Source: Catajapyx aquilonaris (Eukaryota). From it: 64,000 nt of DNA. Below the pieces are notes generated by a model that was not told the origin of the DNA, did no database searches, and saw nothing but the letters and a program-made list of their open reading frames with translations. The translations under genes were made by a program, and so were the position numbers. Below are positions 13,501 to 28,100 of this stretch, piece by piece; positions within the stretch are counted from its first letter, which is position 1; each line of letters begins with the position of its first letter. The stretch is taken from assembly GCA_000934665.2 (NCBI GenBank), contig JYFJ02001671.1, positions 1 through 64,000 on the forward strand, given 5' to 3'.

Positions 13501-16500
13501 AACAGCATCGATTCAGATTGGTTAATGAGTGTACTTAACGTACTGCTGGGTGGTACACTGCCCAATATCAAGTTTGGCCCATAAACACGAGTCTTTCCGT
13601 CTGATGTTTGTCCGACCTGGTAGTACCTCACGCGACCGTGAATGGCAGTAGTGCGCATAGAGGGACGATGCGCCATCTATTGAGGGTACTACTGCTTATA
13701 AATTCGGAATGCGCACATTTTGGCAGCAAAGTGGGTGTGATATCTTGAGCCGGAGTGTCCTTTTCTCCATTTCCAAGGTGCAAAAAAGGGGGGTGGTGTA
13801 GGAGAAGGGTGTGCCTCGGGGGCTGAGAAGCCGTGATATCGGCTTGGAGGGCCAACTTATTTGACGCTATTCATACCTCGCAGCTTTGAAACGTGCTCTC
13901 AACCTAGGGGGGGCCTTAGGGGGGCTTGGGAGAGAGAGAGAGAGAGAGAGAGAAGAGAGAATTAATTTTTTTTTCCTCTTCCAAAAGCCTAGGTCGAGGT
14001 CACGCGTTTCCAACGCCTCGGTACGCTGCATCTGTATAGACATCAAGGGAACCTGCTTATACGCCCTTCATTTTTCTATCAAGTCAGAAGTTGCTGAGAC
14101 GTCAGTCGGAACTAGATTCATACCGATGTAGTTTGCAAAAATTTATCGTACTAATCTGCTTACTTTAATCAGACGTTTACTTTGAAAGTCACTTTCAGTA
14201 GTGCCATCTATGCGTGAAGAATAGTACTACGTGGTAAATTTGCGGGCCATTTCATTAAAATGGTTTGATTATTATCACTGTCATACTGATTGTAGGTTTT
14301 GCCAAATTTTGGCAACGGTTTCACTCGTTATATTGAATTTGCTTGAGCCTGTGCCTCTGTTTGTCCAGGGTGAGTCATCGTAACCACTCAGCTAGGTGCA
14401 TGTATAGTACCATTACCCATCGCAAGACCCTGAGAGTGGCAAGCCATCTGTATGAGTCACAAGTGGAAAAATAGGTAAAAATGACATTGTCAAAGCCACA
14501 ATAACGTTCATTGGCTTATGGAGACAGTTTTGCCACGTTTTGGCAAGGGGTTAACTAGTAGTTTGAAAAGAAATGTGGGTGGGTATATTCTGAAGTAAAA
14601 TGGCACATGGAGGGTTACATTTTATGGGTCGTGGTGTAAAGTCATTCAGGTCTCTGCTAGGTAATAAACCAGTATCGAGTCAAATGCATGGGGCCAATTT
14701 TTGTCCGTCGCACCTTTTGCCTTCTCCTTTTCATCAGTTGTAACAAAAATGTATTCCCTCCCATTGGCCCCCTACCACCACCCCGTCGTGTCCTAGTGAT
14801 CGATTGTAAAGCCTTTCCAACAAAGCCATTTTCCTGGCCGCGAAATTGGTTCTTCGCGGACAAACCACCAGCTCCAAACCATTTTATAAGGTCGAATCGG
14901 GCGAGCGAGCAAAGGCGCGACCCTCTCCATCCAACACTCTTCCGCCTTCTTAGTATAGTGAGCTGGAGAAAAGAGAGAGGCCGCGCCTCATTGGCTGGCA
15001 AGTCGACGGAAGTGGTTCCGGAAACAAGATGGACGACCATCTGATGCCGCCTTAACCGCCTCTTTAAGGATCCTCGCAATAAATATCGCGTTTTGGGAAG
15101 GATGCATATTTCACCTGCATGGAAATTGGGCTTCGGTTACACCCCTCTCTCTCCAAGGGGGGTGGTAGAAAAAAAACTACTTGGGGGTGGGAAGGGAGGG
15201 GGGTGTTATAGACCTATTCCTTCTGAGAGGAAAGAAAAAAATCAGGGCAAGTTTTGGGTATATAACAGACTGGGAAAGGATATTGCGACATTTATCACAA
15301 GCACTTGTACTTCAGATATGGTTAGGTCGGAATGAATTTTCGCCTTGCCATACACTCAATTTCGGCAACGTCTCATCCCCCGAGAGAAACAGCCCTTTTA
15401 ATAACTGCTATTTCATTCCCCAGTTATTATTCTTCAGTTAGTACTGTTCAGTAGCTGTTGTGTTATTTTCGTTGCCTATTATGCTTGGATTCTATTGTTG
15501 ATAACTATTGTGTTATTGTTCGATGCCTATTGCTGTTATTTGATGACTGGTTAGTGTTAATATTCGATGACTATTATTTTCTTTATCGCATATCTGTTAT
15601 TTTCTTTTCAACAAATGCCATTTTATGCCTCAGTAACTATTATGTTATTATTCAACAACTATTATGTTTTTGTCTTTTTTAAATACCCCGTGATAGGGCG
15701 GAGCCCTCTTAGGGAGGAATGGGTGGTTCCCAAGGGAGGGCGCTGTAATTTTTAGTCATTTCTGACTTTGTGAAATACACCATACCTTTTCTCCTGGCCC
15801 TGGGCAGAGTAGGGAGTGCAATTCTGCCCCGGCATGTCGGGTGAAAAGCGGAAAAAGACCCGACCAAGCTGAGGTGACGGGGACGGGATTTAAACCCCGG
15901 CTTCCCGCTTGTAACCACTAGACCACCATGCCTCCCTTATAACAACTATATTATGTTATTATCAGATAACTCTTGGTATCATATGTCATCAATCTCATCA
16001 TCGATAACTGGTGTTGTTATTCAATGACTGTTATCTTCTCCATCAGATATCTGTTATTTTCTTCAAATGTGTCATTTTATGCAGCTTTAACTGTTATTTG
16101 TCATTCAATGGCTGTTATTTTCTTCGTTTATAACTGTTACTGGCGGCTAATATTAAAAATATCAACGTCATTATAGGTCATGGCTGTGGTCGAGGCGATG
16201 GAAGTGTCTGACGTTGTCAGACTGTATCATTATGACGTTCTCTTTGAGTAGCATATAATGTTTCGGTAACAGGGCTTCTGCGCTAAGACCTCCGCATAAA
16301 GTATGTACTCTTTAGGCTCTGGTATTGGTTGACTTGGACCGGTTTCCAAGGCAGGCTCCGACAACTGAGAAAAAGAGTTGGGAACAGCAAGAGTGCATTA
16401 GCGTTCCGGGGAAGAGTATCCGGAAGAGAATGCGGGGGTTTGGCTTCTCCGGCCTTTCTCTTACGGGGAGGGGGGAAGCCCCGGTGATTTATCGCCAGCT

Positions 16501-17523
16501 GCGAACCTTCCGGGTAAAGCCTGACGTCCGGATGAACCACCATCTCCAATGGATATAACATGGTGCGACCAAACGGGCGCAAACTGGAACGTGCCGGACC
16601 GATCCGGGTAGGTTAGGTTTGATCAATACAGTGTGATCATACTTTATGTCGTTACTTGTTAGCATTTTCTGGTATGATCATTCTTATTATTTAGCAGCTA
16701 CCTTTTAATATTAGGTCGTAGCATTATAGGTTTAATGAATTATGACAAAATGGCGACAAGTGAACCGTTCCACTTTGTTCCCGGCGTTTGTTTGCTGATT
16801 TCTTGTCAGGCAAATGTTCCTAATGGTCCTCGCTAGGCGTCTCCCCAGCAGGATTAAAAAAGGAGTGCGTGACGTGATGAGGGAAAAGCTGAGTCGAGCA
16901 AAGATTGGGTCTCCTTTCTTGTGCTGAGGCCATCAACTACATCACCCCTGGAGGGGCGGGGCTGGCTCTGGGGACCATGGGGAGGGAAGGAAGGGCTCAT
17001 TAGGAGTGATAAATGTCGTGCTGGACTTCACCTCTTTTCCCTTCTCTCCACTATGCTCACACTTTATTTACCTTGACCGACTTGTGGACTTGTGAACCGC
17101 ATCGCCCCTCGTATACGCACAATATTTTATAAACTGCTGGACCACTTTACGGTCCAGAGGTCTCCAATTATGGCCAGAATCCCATGGATTCCAATTTAAT
17201 TTTACTAATCTTTTTTCCAAGCCGATCCTAATCATGCTGCATTCACCTAATCTAACCCATCTTAATTAGGCCCAAATTAATCACTATTTTTTGCGGTTAA
17301 TATGAATATTAGATTGGCAGCTCTGGACTTCGCATTTTTCGTTATCTCCTGGACCAAAAATCCAGTGATAGGCTTATATTGTCCTACAATATTATGAAAC
17401 ACTGGGTGGAGTTTTTGTCCCACTGCTAGTTTACTGCTAACTTAGCAGTAGGCTACCATTGCCAACACTGGTACTGCTAAGTTAGCAGTAACTAGCAGTG
17501 GGACAAAAATTCGACTCACTCAT

Positions 17524-17602
<79 letters not shown>

Positions 17603-17867
17603 TTCCTTTCTTTATTTATTTCACTGCCCCATGATCAAACCCTTGGTGTAATTACGCACACTCCATTTTACATAATTATACATTTATGAAAATAATATGG
17701 CGATGTCATATTCTCTATTACATATCTTAAAAGGCAAAGTTTGCTTGTTTGTTTGTCCAGGTTTGGTTTCCATGGCAGCCTGTATCCATGATCAATAATG
17801 ATTGATTGTTGTCGATTACATTTCCCTGGAAACAGGCCGTGCTAAGAATAGACCCAGATGATGCTTA

Positions 17868-17918
<51 letters not shown>

Positions 17919-20900
17919 ATCTTGCATAATTAAAATAAAGGGAAAGTTTGTCGGTTTGTCCCATTTCCCACCCCCTCCCCGCCACCCCCCCCCCCCCGCC
18001 CCTCTATACCGGCCATGGCAACCACGCTACGTCCATGGCAACAGTGTTACCGATGCAACGGGATTCTTCAATATTATTCCCGTGCGAAGAATGGGTATAC
18101 TGCTTGTGAAATTATAAATAAATAAATAAAACGGTATAGGCCTAATAATAAATACCCTACGGTGCATACTAATTTGTTTAGCGAGAAAATAATTATCATC
18201 GGAAAGGCATAATTTCGTTACCTACAGATTTTATCTATTATTATAACCAATGCTACGAGCATTTCGAGATATCCTGCCAGTTTTATGGGCATTAATTTAT
18301 TTTCCAACAAAAAAAACACTGCCCCTTTTCAACAGCGGGTGTGTTCATTTAATCTTTTCCCCTTCCAAAATACTCTGAACCTCGTTAAACGCAAAATATT
18401 TATGAATCCATGAATAATTGCTCTGTTTTGGACCCCCACAGCCTCGTTTTTTCCCTCCATCATGTTAAGAGCCGCTTCCTCGTGAAATATTGTTGCCAGA
18501 AACCTTCTCTTTTTTTATATGGTGGGGAGGGAAAGGGGGACTGCATAATTTAGAAATATGTAGTCTGGAGTGAAGTGGATGTCCAGCGGTGCCAGGAGCA
18601 GACGTGGGGGAGGGGCCTGTAAATGTGTTTGTACTCGCTGACTCAGCCTCTTCTTGGCCCCGTGACGTCGTCGTCTGCTGGCTGCTGCTGGAAGAAGCGC
18701 CCCCTCCCAGAATCTTTCTCCTTCAACTCCCTCCACCCCACCCACCCACCCAAAAGCCTTTTGCCTTTTTTGGTCAATAAGGACCCAGTCAGCAAAGATG
18801 GCTAGCCCTGGTTTCCACACTGCATTAATTCTGTTTGGGTGGCGTCGAGGTTTTCAGCTCTTCCTTCTCTGGAAAACCCTGCTGACGGCCAGCAAAATTC
18901 TGCTGGAGAAATGGAGTGGGCTAGAAGAGAGGGGGGGCGGTTATGTCCTCCCCTCTCCCTCACCCCCCAAAAAAGAGGGGAACCGTGGAGCCATGAAGAA
19001 CCCTAGTCCGAGAGATGAATGGGATTCTTCACCCACACACACAACGTGGACACCAGATTGTCCAGGACTGACCCAGCACTCTGGAGTGGCCTACTAAAAT
19101 TTATAATCGGGTTTAGGTGGTGTGTACAGGGTGCTCGCTCACAAATATCGGAAGATCTTTACTACGCGACGACGGCGACGTGGCAGTAGTCGAGGGGTGG
19201 AGGCGTGGGGCAGTTCAGAGAAATGGGTGGAGCGAATGCATGTGACGTCAAAGTGGCAAAGCCACAATAACGTTTGCGGTTAGGTTACCAACATTGCTCG
19301 AAGAGCGAATCGAAGCAATGTTGGTAACCTAACCGCAAACGTTATTGTGGCGCACCGGCGCCATCAGTACTGTACTAGACGAGTGTGCCACCCTGTAGGA
19401 AATATATAGGGTTTGTGCGGCGTCTAGTGGGCGCCACTCTGGGCTGGCTAAGTGACCATTAAAGGCTGCTGCAGCTTTAAGCAGGGGGACAGAGGTGGAG
19501 CTTATGCCGCATTAGCTGCCAAGCGCACTTAGGGCTACACTTAACCGCTTTAAGACCCAGCCTCTCTCGCTCATCACTCCGGGGGCGCACTTACAGACTG
19601 TACAGATCACTGCTAAGAAGAAAAAACTAGACTAAAACTGGTTGTAAGAAGGAATCAGGAAAAGGCTGCGTCATTTCACGCTCCTTGAGCTGCATCCTTG
19701 TCCTGAGAGGGAATCTGTACAGTACTTATGGAGTTAACCTCAGTTAAGTAGTTTGGGAGAGCAAACTTCTGGAATATCACTGAAGGAGAATTTTATGCAT
19801 CCCGCGAAACCCCGGCGACATGTTTTACCTCCATCCGGGGGATTTCTCCTGGAGATTGTCGATTGGCCCATTCTCTCAGAGCTAGAGTTTCACCTTCTCC
19901 AACTGTGGAAATTGTTCCGTGCCTTGGAGCAATCTTGCGCGCTTCTCACACTTTAACCAACTGCACGGACTCCGCAGCACGTATACATCATCATCATCTG
20001 CCTCCCAGCCCTTTTAAGATAGCGAAGAGGACTATTCACTCAGCAAAAGCAGCAGAAACAGTATCAACTTTGCTTATAAGAAGCGACAAACTTAATGACA
20101 AAGCTTATTCGCTCAACACTGTCCACAAAGTACCTTACTTCGCTCATAGATGGCGCACCCTCTCTGTACACTGCTGCCTCTCTCAGGTGGAGGAAAGTGG
20201 CACTACATGCTATAGCAACCATGTAGTACTTTACTTCGCTCATAGATGGCGCATCCACCCTCTCTGCACACTACTGCCACTTCCACTGCGACGGATAGTG
20301 GTACTACAAAGGTTGTATACTGCCAGCAGTATTGTCCGAAGCATTATTTTTAACCTAGAGTACTTCTGAGCTGACTTATTCCACCTGGTGTGTGCCAACT
20401 CAGTAGGGAATTGGGGCTCAGGGGTGTCCAACCAGCTGCATTGCGATAATTCTCCAGGGTCCCCTGCATATATAGAGGCAGACTGTGGCCAGACAAATCT
20501 CATGGAGTAGTGATGTTTCACTTGGAGTGAGGGTGGGTAGGGGGCAGAGGGGGGTTGTAATTAGTGTGGAATTGGCATTAGCAGGGCGAGTTGTACACTG
20601 CAAATCCAGGCAGCATAGGGGGGTCCCAGTGTCTATCCCCGGCGGAATCTGAGCGGTATAGTGTCACGAGGCTAAAAATGTTGCAGCACAGAGTTTGTCT
20701 CCTGCTAATCCCCGGGTCGATGGGAAGCTAATGTGGGAATAATGCAGCCTATAAACTCTATGGGATTGCGCTAATGTCTTTTAGGCGGCAGGGATCATAC
20801 ACCATTTCAATTTGCACTGCTACCCATCCTCCCTCTCTGGTCCACACCACAATCCCTAACCCCATTTTTGTCAAAATGGCAACATAGAAGAGGGAAAATG

Positions 20901-22085
20901 TAGGGTATTGCTTTTCTCAATAAACTAGTGAACATTATTATTTTCTCTCCATGTTCGCCGTCCACGTCCACGTCTCCGGATGTTCGCCCAACCAGAAAAT
21001 ACCGCGCTGGTGGCCGATTTATCACTTATTTCTGTTCTTCACGCATAGATGGCGCGCCCTTTCCCTGCATATACTGCTGCCTCTCTAGTCGTGCGGGAGA
21101 AAGTGGTACTATCAGGTCGAACAATATCCGACGAAGATAATAAGCCGATTAGAAGAAAGATATGTTAGACTCTTCTAGTCCCGCCGACTAAATGTTAGAC
21201 CCCACTAGTCTCACCCACTAAGTTAGACCCAACTAGTCTCGGCGACTTAATAGTTAGACCCAACTAGTCTCGGCGACTTAATAGTTAGACCCAACTAGTC
21301 TCGGCGACTTAATAGTTAGACCCAACTAGTCTCTGCGACTTAATAGTTAGACACAACTAGTCTCGGCGACTTAATAGTTAGACCCAACTAGTCTCGGCGA
21401 CTTTATAGTTAGACCCCTCTAGTCTCGGCGACTTAATAGTTAGACCCAACTAGTCTCGGCGACTTAATAGTTAGACCCAACTAGTCCCGCTGACTAACAG
21501 TTAGACCTCTCTAGCCTGAGTTCCTGAATACTCTAGTATAGTAACTTCAATGCAAATGCTTGGGCTTAAACCAGTGCAATATCTTTCCATTGAAATATTA
21601 TCTGCGCCATTAACCGCGTTCCGTGCAGCAGTGAACCAAACGTACCCCCCTGATCCGGACCCAGCCCTCCATAAATCTGCTGCATGTTTGGAAGTATAAA
21701 GTAGTGAGAGTGCGGTGCACTTGTGACACTCCTCCGGTATGATTAAGGTACCTCTTCCATCTCTTTAGGGAGCATTGATTGCCCCAATTAGGTCCATAAC
21801 ATGATTTTAATCAACGGCGGAGCATTCCCCGGGGGCCATTCCTGTCAATGTAATGTATTATTACCTGCAAGAGTACCATTACAAGAGGGGCTTATATCCA
21901 TGTAAATGCCGGCTTTATTACCTTGATGAGACCCGGGATGAGACATCAAATTTTGTTAGTGTTGGGATTCCCCTTCTCTTACCCGAAAAAAAAAAATCTT
22001 TGTATGGAAAGGAAAATGGCCTGAATCCAGTTGCTGATTCTGGGATCAACTTAGGCGCGAATTACTTTTTTGGCTGGTTAGGACA

Positions 22086-22150
<65 letters not shown>

Positions 22151-25100
22151 AGGGGACTAGGCGAGAGAAAGGCGACGCTTTATTTCATTAGGGGATAAAT
22201 CAAGTTTTGTGCATTTTTAGCAGGTTTCCCTCGCTCTTTACCTTTGCAAATACACTCCGTTTAGGGCATTCATTTGAGCTGTGCAGAATGGTATCCGCAG
22301 GCGTAAAAGCAACGCAGCACGGAAGCAAAATTGATTCACAATTGGAGCTACAAAATTGGGAAAAACACAGGGTGGTCCAATGCAAAGGCCGAGACGATGG
22401 AAGTAACGTAGACTGTATCCGCTTCATATGACATTGCATAATGCCTTTATTAACTATATGTAAATGTGTGTTGCGTTTATCAAGTACCCTTATTTTTTGT
22501 GATTCAGGTAAAAGCGTGGATGTCCACCACATGTCCCTTCGAGAGCTGCTGCCGGACACGGAACATTACTTGACGTACGAGGGGTCAACCACTCATCCGG
22601 GCTGTTGGGAGACCACCACTTGGATCCTGATGAACAAGCCCATCTACATCACCAAACAGGAAGTAAGTACCCACCGAGTCGCGCATTGCAATCCAACTCT
22701 AATTAAACTGAGGGTGGAGACTGTAAATTGTTGCATTGATTAGCATTTAGTCGTTACAGTGCTGTTCTCTGAGACCATAATTATATGGATGGCCGTTACG
22801 GAAAAGTTGATCATTCCGCGACTCAATGCGTAAGTCGAATATTACGTAACTCGGAGCCATGCTTGCAAGATTCCGAAACCACAACACTTTTGCTGGGTCT
22901 CGGTCCCAAGTCCCCATGCACTGGGAAAGGAACTGGGACCAGAAAGTGTTGTGGTTTCGGAATCCAACGTTGCTCCGTAAATCACATATATTTATTACGC
23001 ATATCGGAAATTTTTACGTAAGTCCGGATCTACATAAGTCGAGGCTACATAAGTCGGGATCTACGTAAGTCGAGTAAGGTCGGTATCTGGTAGAGTCTAC
23101 GAAAGTCGGGATTTAGTCGAGTCTGCGTAAGTCTGGGGGTGCTTGTATATTCTGATTTAAGCAAGGAAATGATTGGGTGGAGGTTCCTTCTGCAGTGGAG
23201 AAGGAGAAGAAAAGGGGGGTTGTGCAGCAGGCAAGTTGGTCCTGGCAGGAGAGTCATTTGGCGGCAAAGACTCGTGAGCTCCGCCACCCTTGACTGAAAT
23301 GAAAGAGCCTCGTCGGATTAAACTGCAAGATGGAGTTCTGCCCAACTCCCTCCTTACACCACTCTTTTCAGCCCTCAGGAAGGAGAGGAAACGAGCAAAG
23401 GAAGTCGAGGGAATTGGGAGGCCCCCGCCACCGTTGATAAATTTCCACCCTCCCCCCCCCCTTTTTTTCTAACCCCAGTCATATTTTTAAAAACCATGCT
23501 TAAATGTAGGCCAGGATGGACTAACGCAGGGAAGCTTCTCAATATTTCAAAATGATGAACGAAACATTAAGCTCTAGGATGCGTAAGTAAAGAGTAGTCG
23601 CCAACTTCATAACGCAGAATGTGCAGCATCCTCCACAAGCCAAGCAAAAGTTGTCCAAATGGACCCCATACATTCTGGGTCGACAGAGGCTGTCACCAAT
23701 ACACTCTGGAAGAAGGAAAAGGGAGGGTAGGGGCTGGGAAATAAACGGCCTGCGTCGCCTTGGCATTGTGTCCCTTTCCGATGGAGAGACTTGAGTGATG
23801 GATGCTGCTTTGCTTTGCTCTCCAAGAACTAACTCCCCGCCGACTTCTCTCCCCAAGATGCACTCGCAGAAGAGAAGTTTCCATTGCACACTTCAACCCA
23901 CCTCCCCCTTCTCTCCATCTAGGCCCAAATCACACCCACCTACTCACAAGCTTTTCTTCCTGACACTCTAACTGATTGCGCTTTGTCTTAGCCTGAAGGA
24001 GGGATGTCCTCTCAGCTGAAAAAACTCTCTTTTGTCTCTCTTTACTAAGAAGGACCCCCCTTCCCTCTCTCTCTCTCTCTCTCTTTTCCTTTTTTGGTGG
24101 AAGAGCAAGCATCAGTCCTCAGGATTGTTTGTATGGAAGACTAGAGGGAGGGCTGCTTCTCAAACTCATTCCCTCTTTGTTCCAACTTTTGTCTAATGTT
24201 TGCTCACAATGGACGGGGCCGCCCGACGGCTATCAATTGAGAAGACGGGAGGTCCATTTGAACCTCAGGTTGCACTAGTGGAGACCCCCCCCCCCCCCAA
24301 ACTGGACAATAATCCAACTCAGATTGTTCAACATAATGTCGGGTGATTACCACCAACTAAAGATGATAAAGTGTGAAGCTTTTCCTTGGAAGGTGGGGGG
24401 CGAAGTAAAGTGTCTCTTCCTAACCACCTTTTCCCAACTAGTTCCCAAAGCAGGAGGATGTGCCTGCCTCCTTCTCCTCCTGCTGCCTTCCCATAAAAGC
24501 GGTGCCAATCGGCTGAAAAGCGCCATCACGCTTTTCCTCCCCTCCTTGCGGGTAATTCCCAAGCTCTTCCTGCCGCTTTAATTCATTTTAAGATCGAGTT
24601 AACGCAGTCTGTGCTCCCCGATTAGGATCTGGAGAGAGAGTTGGCCCACCCCCTCCTCTTGAATCGATCTCAACCACCCCTACCATTTTACTCTCAGTTC
24701 TCACCCTCTAAGGAGCCAGCCGGTGGGAAAAGGAAGCATCGTGTTGCTTGATATGGGACACATCATGATTTGGTTTAAAAATTTTGGTTCATACCCTATA
24801 CCTGCAAGCAGAAAACCAAAACAGTTATGTAACTGATAAAGTAGGGCCAGTTCTCCCCAGCTATATACCTCATCGTGGCTATGTACTTTTTAAGCCAAAT
24901 AATATTTCAATGACACATAGACACTATGTTTCAGGAATACACAAAAGCATTTGTCTCTGGGGGGCATTCTGAACATTTCTTTGGCCAAGTGTGGAAAAAC
25001 CCTTGTAATATTTGGACAGCAGATTGTGAGCTTTGCTGGTAGGTAAGAAGGTGACCCGAAAATCTGTCTGTGACCATGAATATGAAGCAAGTTCTGTCGT

Positions 25101-28100
25101 CTAGCTAGGGGAGAGCTGAATTATCATATTGAGAACTCTCTCCCTTCCTCCCTCCCTCCCTCCCCCACCTCCCCCTTTTTTCCTACCCACCGAGGGCTGT
25201 GATTTAATTTTTGGCTGCAGATTTGGACTTGTGCTGGCGTCGGATTTGCCAGGGGTTAAAGCTGTCATGTTATGCATTGGAAATGTGTTTCTCAAAGGTA
25301 AAGCTTTTTCCTCGTTGCCAAGATGCCGTTGAAAAGAGGGAATAAAGAGGAGAGACTCGCTTACGTTAGCTTCGAGATTTTTTTTCTCCTCCTTTGCTTC
25401 TTTTTTTGGCGGCAGGTTTGTAATGTAAAACGCAGCGTTTTCTGAATCTGACACTGCGAAATGCGTTCGGAATATTTTCGAAACGTTACTATAGAAGCAG
25501 GTTCTGGTAATGCGGGACAGAAATGTTGAACTATTTGTGAACAAGTACAATAATAATATTGAAGGTTTGCTTTCTTATTTACAACCCTTCATGTGAATCA
25601 GCCAATGAGGACAAAACCGTTTCAGACAGCTTTGGTTGGAAGATTTTGGGATATATTTTCGTAAAATGTGGGATAACCACTAGGTTATGTTAGATTAGGG
25701 TAGGGTATGGATATGTTAGGATAGGTTAGGATAAGGTATGTATAGGTTAGGATAAGGTATGGACAGGTTAGGATAGTGTATGGATAGGTTAGGATAGGTT
25801 AGGATAAGGTATGGATAGGTTAGGATAGGTTAGGATAAGGTATGGATAGGTTAGGATAGGTTAGGATAGGGTTATGTACCGTTAGAATAGGCAAAGCTGG
25901 GCACAGCTAACCGAAAAATCAGCTTCTCTAACAGCTGATCAGCTAACTATAAAAAACTGGATTTGCTAAATAGCTAATGCTAAATGGCTAGAAAATTAGT
26001 TAGAGCTAATAATGCTAACAGCTAACAGCTAACTTCGTCTATTTTTTTGCTCCATGACCCTTAAAAACCAGACCTGAGCCGATAAAGCCTAGGGAGCATT
26101 GCTACACATACGCCTTATTTAGTTATTTACTGTTCCATACAAAAAGTAATACACAAATCCAAATAGGAAAAAATGTTTATTTGTCTCAGAAGAAAGCTCC
26201 AAAGACAGGCAATGCAAAATTTGTATTTAAAAAACTGGTAGCTATAATGTAATCCGCGCCCCAAAGTGATCGGAAAATAAGTTTTGGCCAGGTAGACAGG
26301 AACAGAATTTACAATCCGGCACCTAGCCCTGTAATATGAGTACAATGTACGGTACATCGGCGGCGGCAAAAAAGGAAGTTTTAAACAATAATTCCGCACA
26401 CCGCAGGGATAGTACCTGATAGTACCAAACGGCTGGCAACACATAGTAGGTGGGCATACAAACAGGTAAAATAGCTGAATATGTGCGTAAAGAAAAAAAA
26501 ACAGACAAAAAGACAAAAGATTTGTATAAGACAGATTTGTACACTACTCACTATCTCAGTACGTTGCGAGCGTATTTACAACCAACAAACACTACACAGA
26601 GTTCCACTCAGAGTTCCGGTTGGTTAGTTTGTATTAAGATGATGTTGATTAGCCTTCAAAAAAATTAGCCTCTCAAAATTTTCATCAGAGAGGTTGGCTC
26701 TCTTGGCCCTCGAAATGTCCAAAAGCGGGGGCTAATGGCTCTCCCCCCAGCCTATACCCCTTCGCCCCCTGTGTTTAACCTGAGGAAATGCAGATGTTTC
26801 ACACCCACANCCCCCCCCCCCCCCCCCCCCATGCTACACTTCTTCATATTTTCCCTGACTGGATCGACTATTGCTATTGGTTGACTCACTTGGCTGGTTC
26901 ACCACATTTTTGGACATTGAAAGAAAGACGTTCAATTTTCGTGCGTCACCAGTGGGCGGGAAAGTGGCCTGCATACCACCCTATGACCCGGATCCTCTGA
27001 CCTTCACCTTACCCTTTCGGTCTTCCCAGATTCCACCATAGGGCCTTGAAGTCCCCCACCCTGGCCACTCATAAACTGGTCTATATTAATCCCTGCCTGG
27101 AGTGGAAACAATGCAACTTAAAAAGTAACAGACAGCGACACAGGAACACGAATTAATTTTGTTAGCTGATTGTATTTAGCTGCAGTGCGGCACTAATTTA
27201 GTGAGAGCTAATTAGTCAGCTAGCGACCTGAAAAGTTAGAGGAAGCAGCTAATCAGCTAGCGGAAAGTTAGTTCAGCTATTAGCTGTTAGCTGATTAAAG
27301 GAGCTAATGCCCACCTTTGAGAATAGGTTAGGTTATGGTTAGGTAGGGTTAGGACAGGTTAGGTTATGGTTATGTAGGGTTATGATAGGTTAGGATAGGG
27401 TTAAGTACCGTTAGGTTAGGTTATGGTTGTGTAGGGTTAGGACAGGTTAGGTTATGGTTGTGTAGGGTTAGGATATGTTAGGTTAGGTTATGTGGCTGCC
27501 GAAATATCAAGTCTATGAATTTTGTAGCTACTTTACAACTGTAATTCACAAAGTTTGGCAGAGTTTGAGCTCAGCCAACACTTTAAAAATATAACAGTTT
27601 TCGGATTCGCAGCACCAGCTTTTTCTGTAACAGTTCCGGGCAGCACCCCAACGTCGTAAATGATGGAAGAGGGCCCGGGTTGATATCGGATTCTGGCTTT
27701 TGGTAGGAAGGGGAGGTAGAGCTGACATGTGATTTAGGCGAAAGCTTCCGGGGGCCCAAGGTCCCTTGCGAATACATGCTCACGTTCCCGCAGGTGTAAA
27801 TCTCCGCAGCGGATTTAAAACCGGCTGTTTAAAAATATATTATGCTACCCAAGCCCCCCCCCACCCAATTTTTCAGGAATTTGGTTCGAATCCGATGACT
27901 TTTAATTAGGGCTCAAAAACCTCACTCTTTCATCTGATACGTGTAAGGAGTCACTCGTAATTTTTTTCGTGACTGTAGATTTTTTGTTCAAAAATATTTT
28001 TTTTCTAGAAGTGTAGAGGGCCAAAAGGGCCAATCAAAGGGCGTCGATCGAAAGAGTCGGATTCAATCTCCCGCGAACTGGGCAGTTGGCCATTCTGTCG

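Noticed and set aside
21165..21512. 31-bp repeats resembling a CRISPR array
   Set aside because: Units are head-to-tail with no unique spacers, there are no cas genes, and the context is a eukaryotic intron; it is a minisatellite.
26810..26830. N followed by a long poly-C run
   Set aside because: Assembly ambiguity in a homopolymer, not a biological feature.
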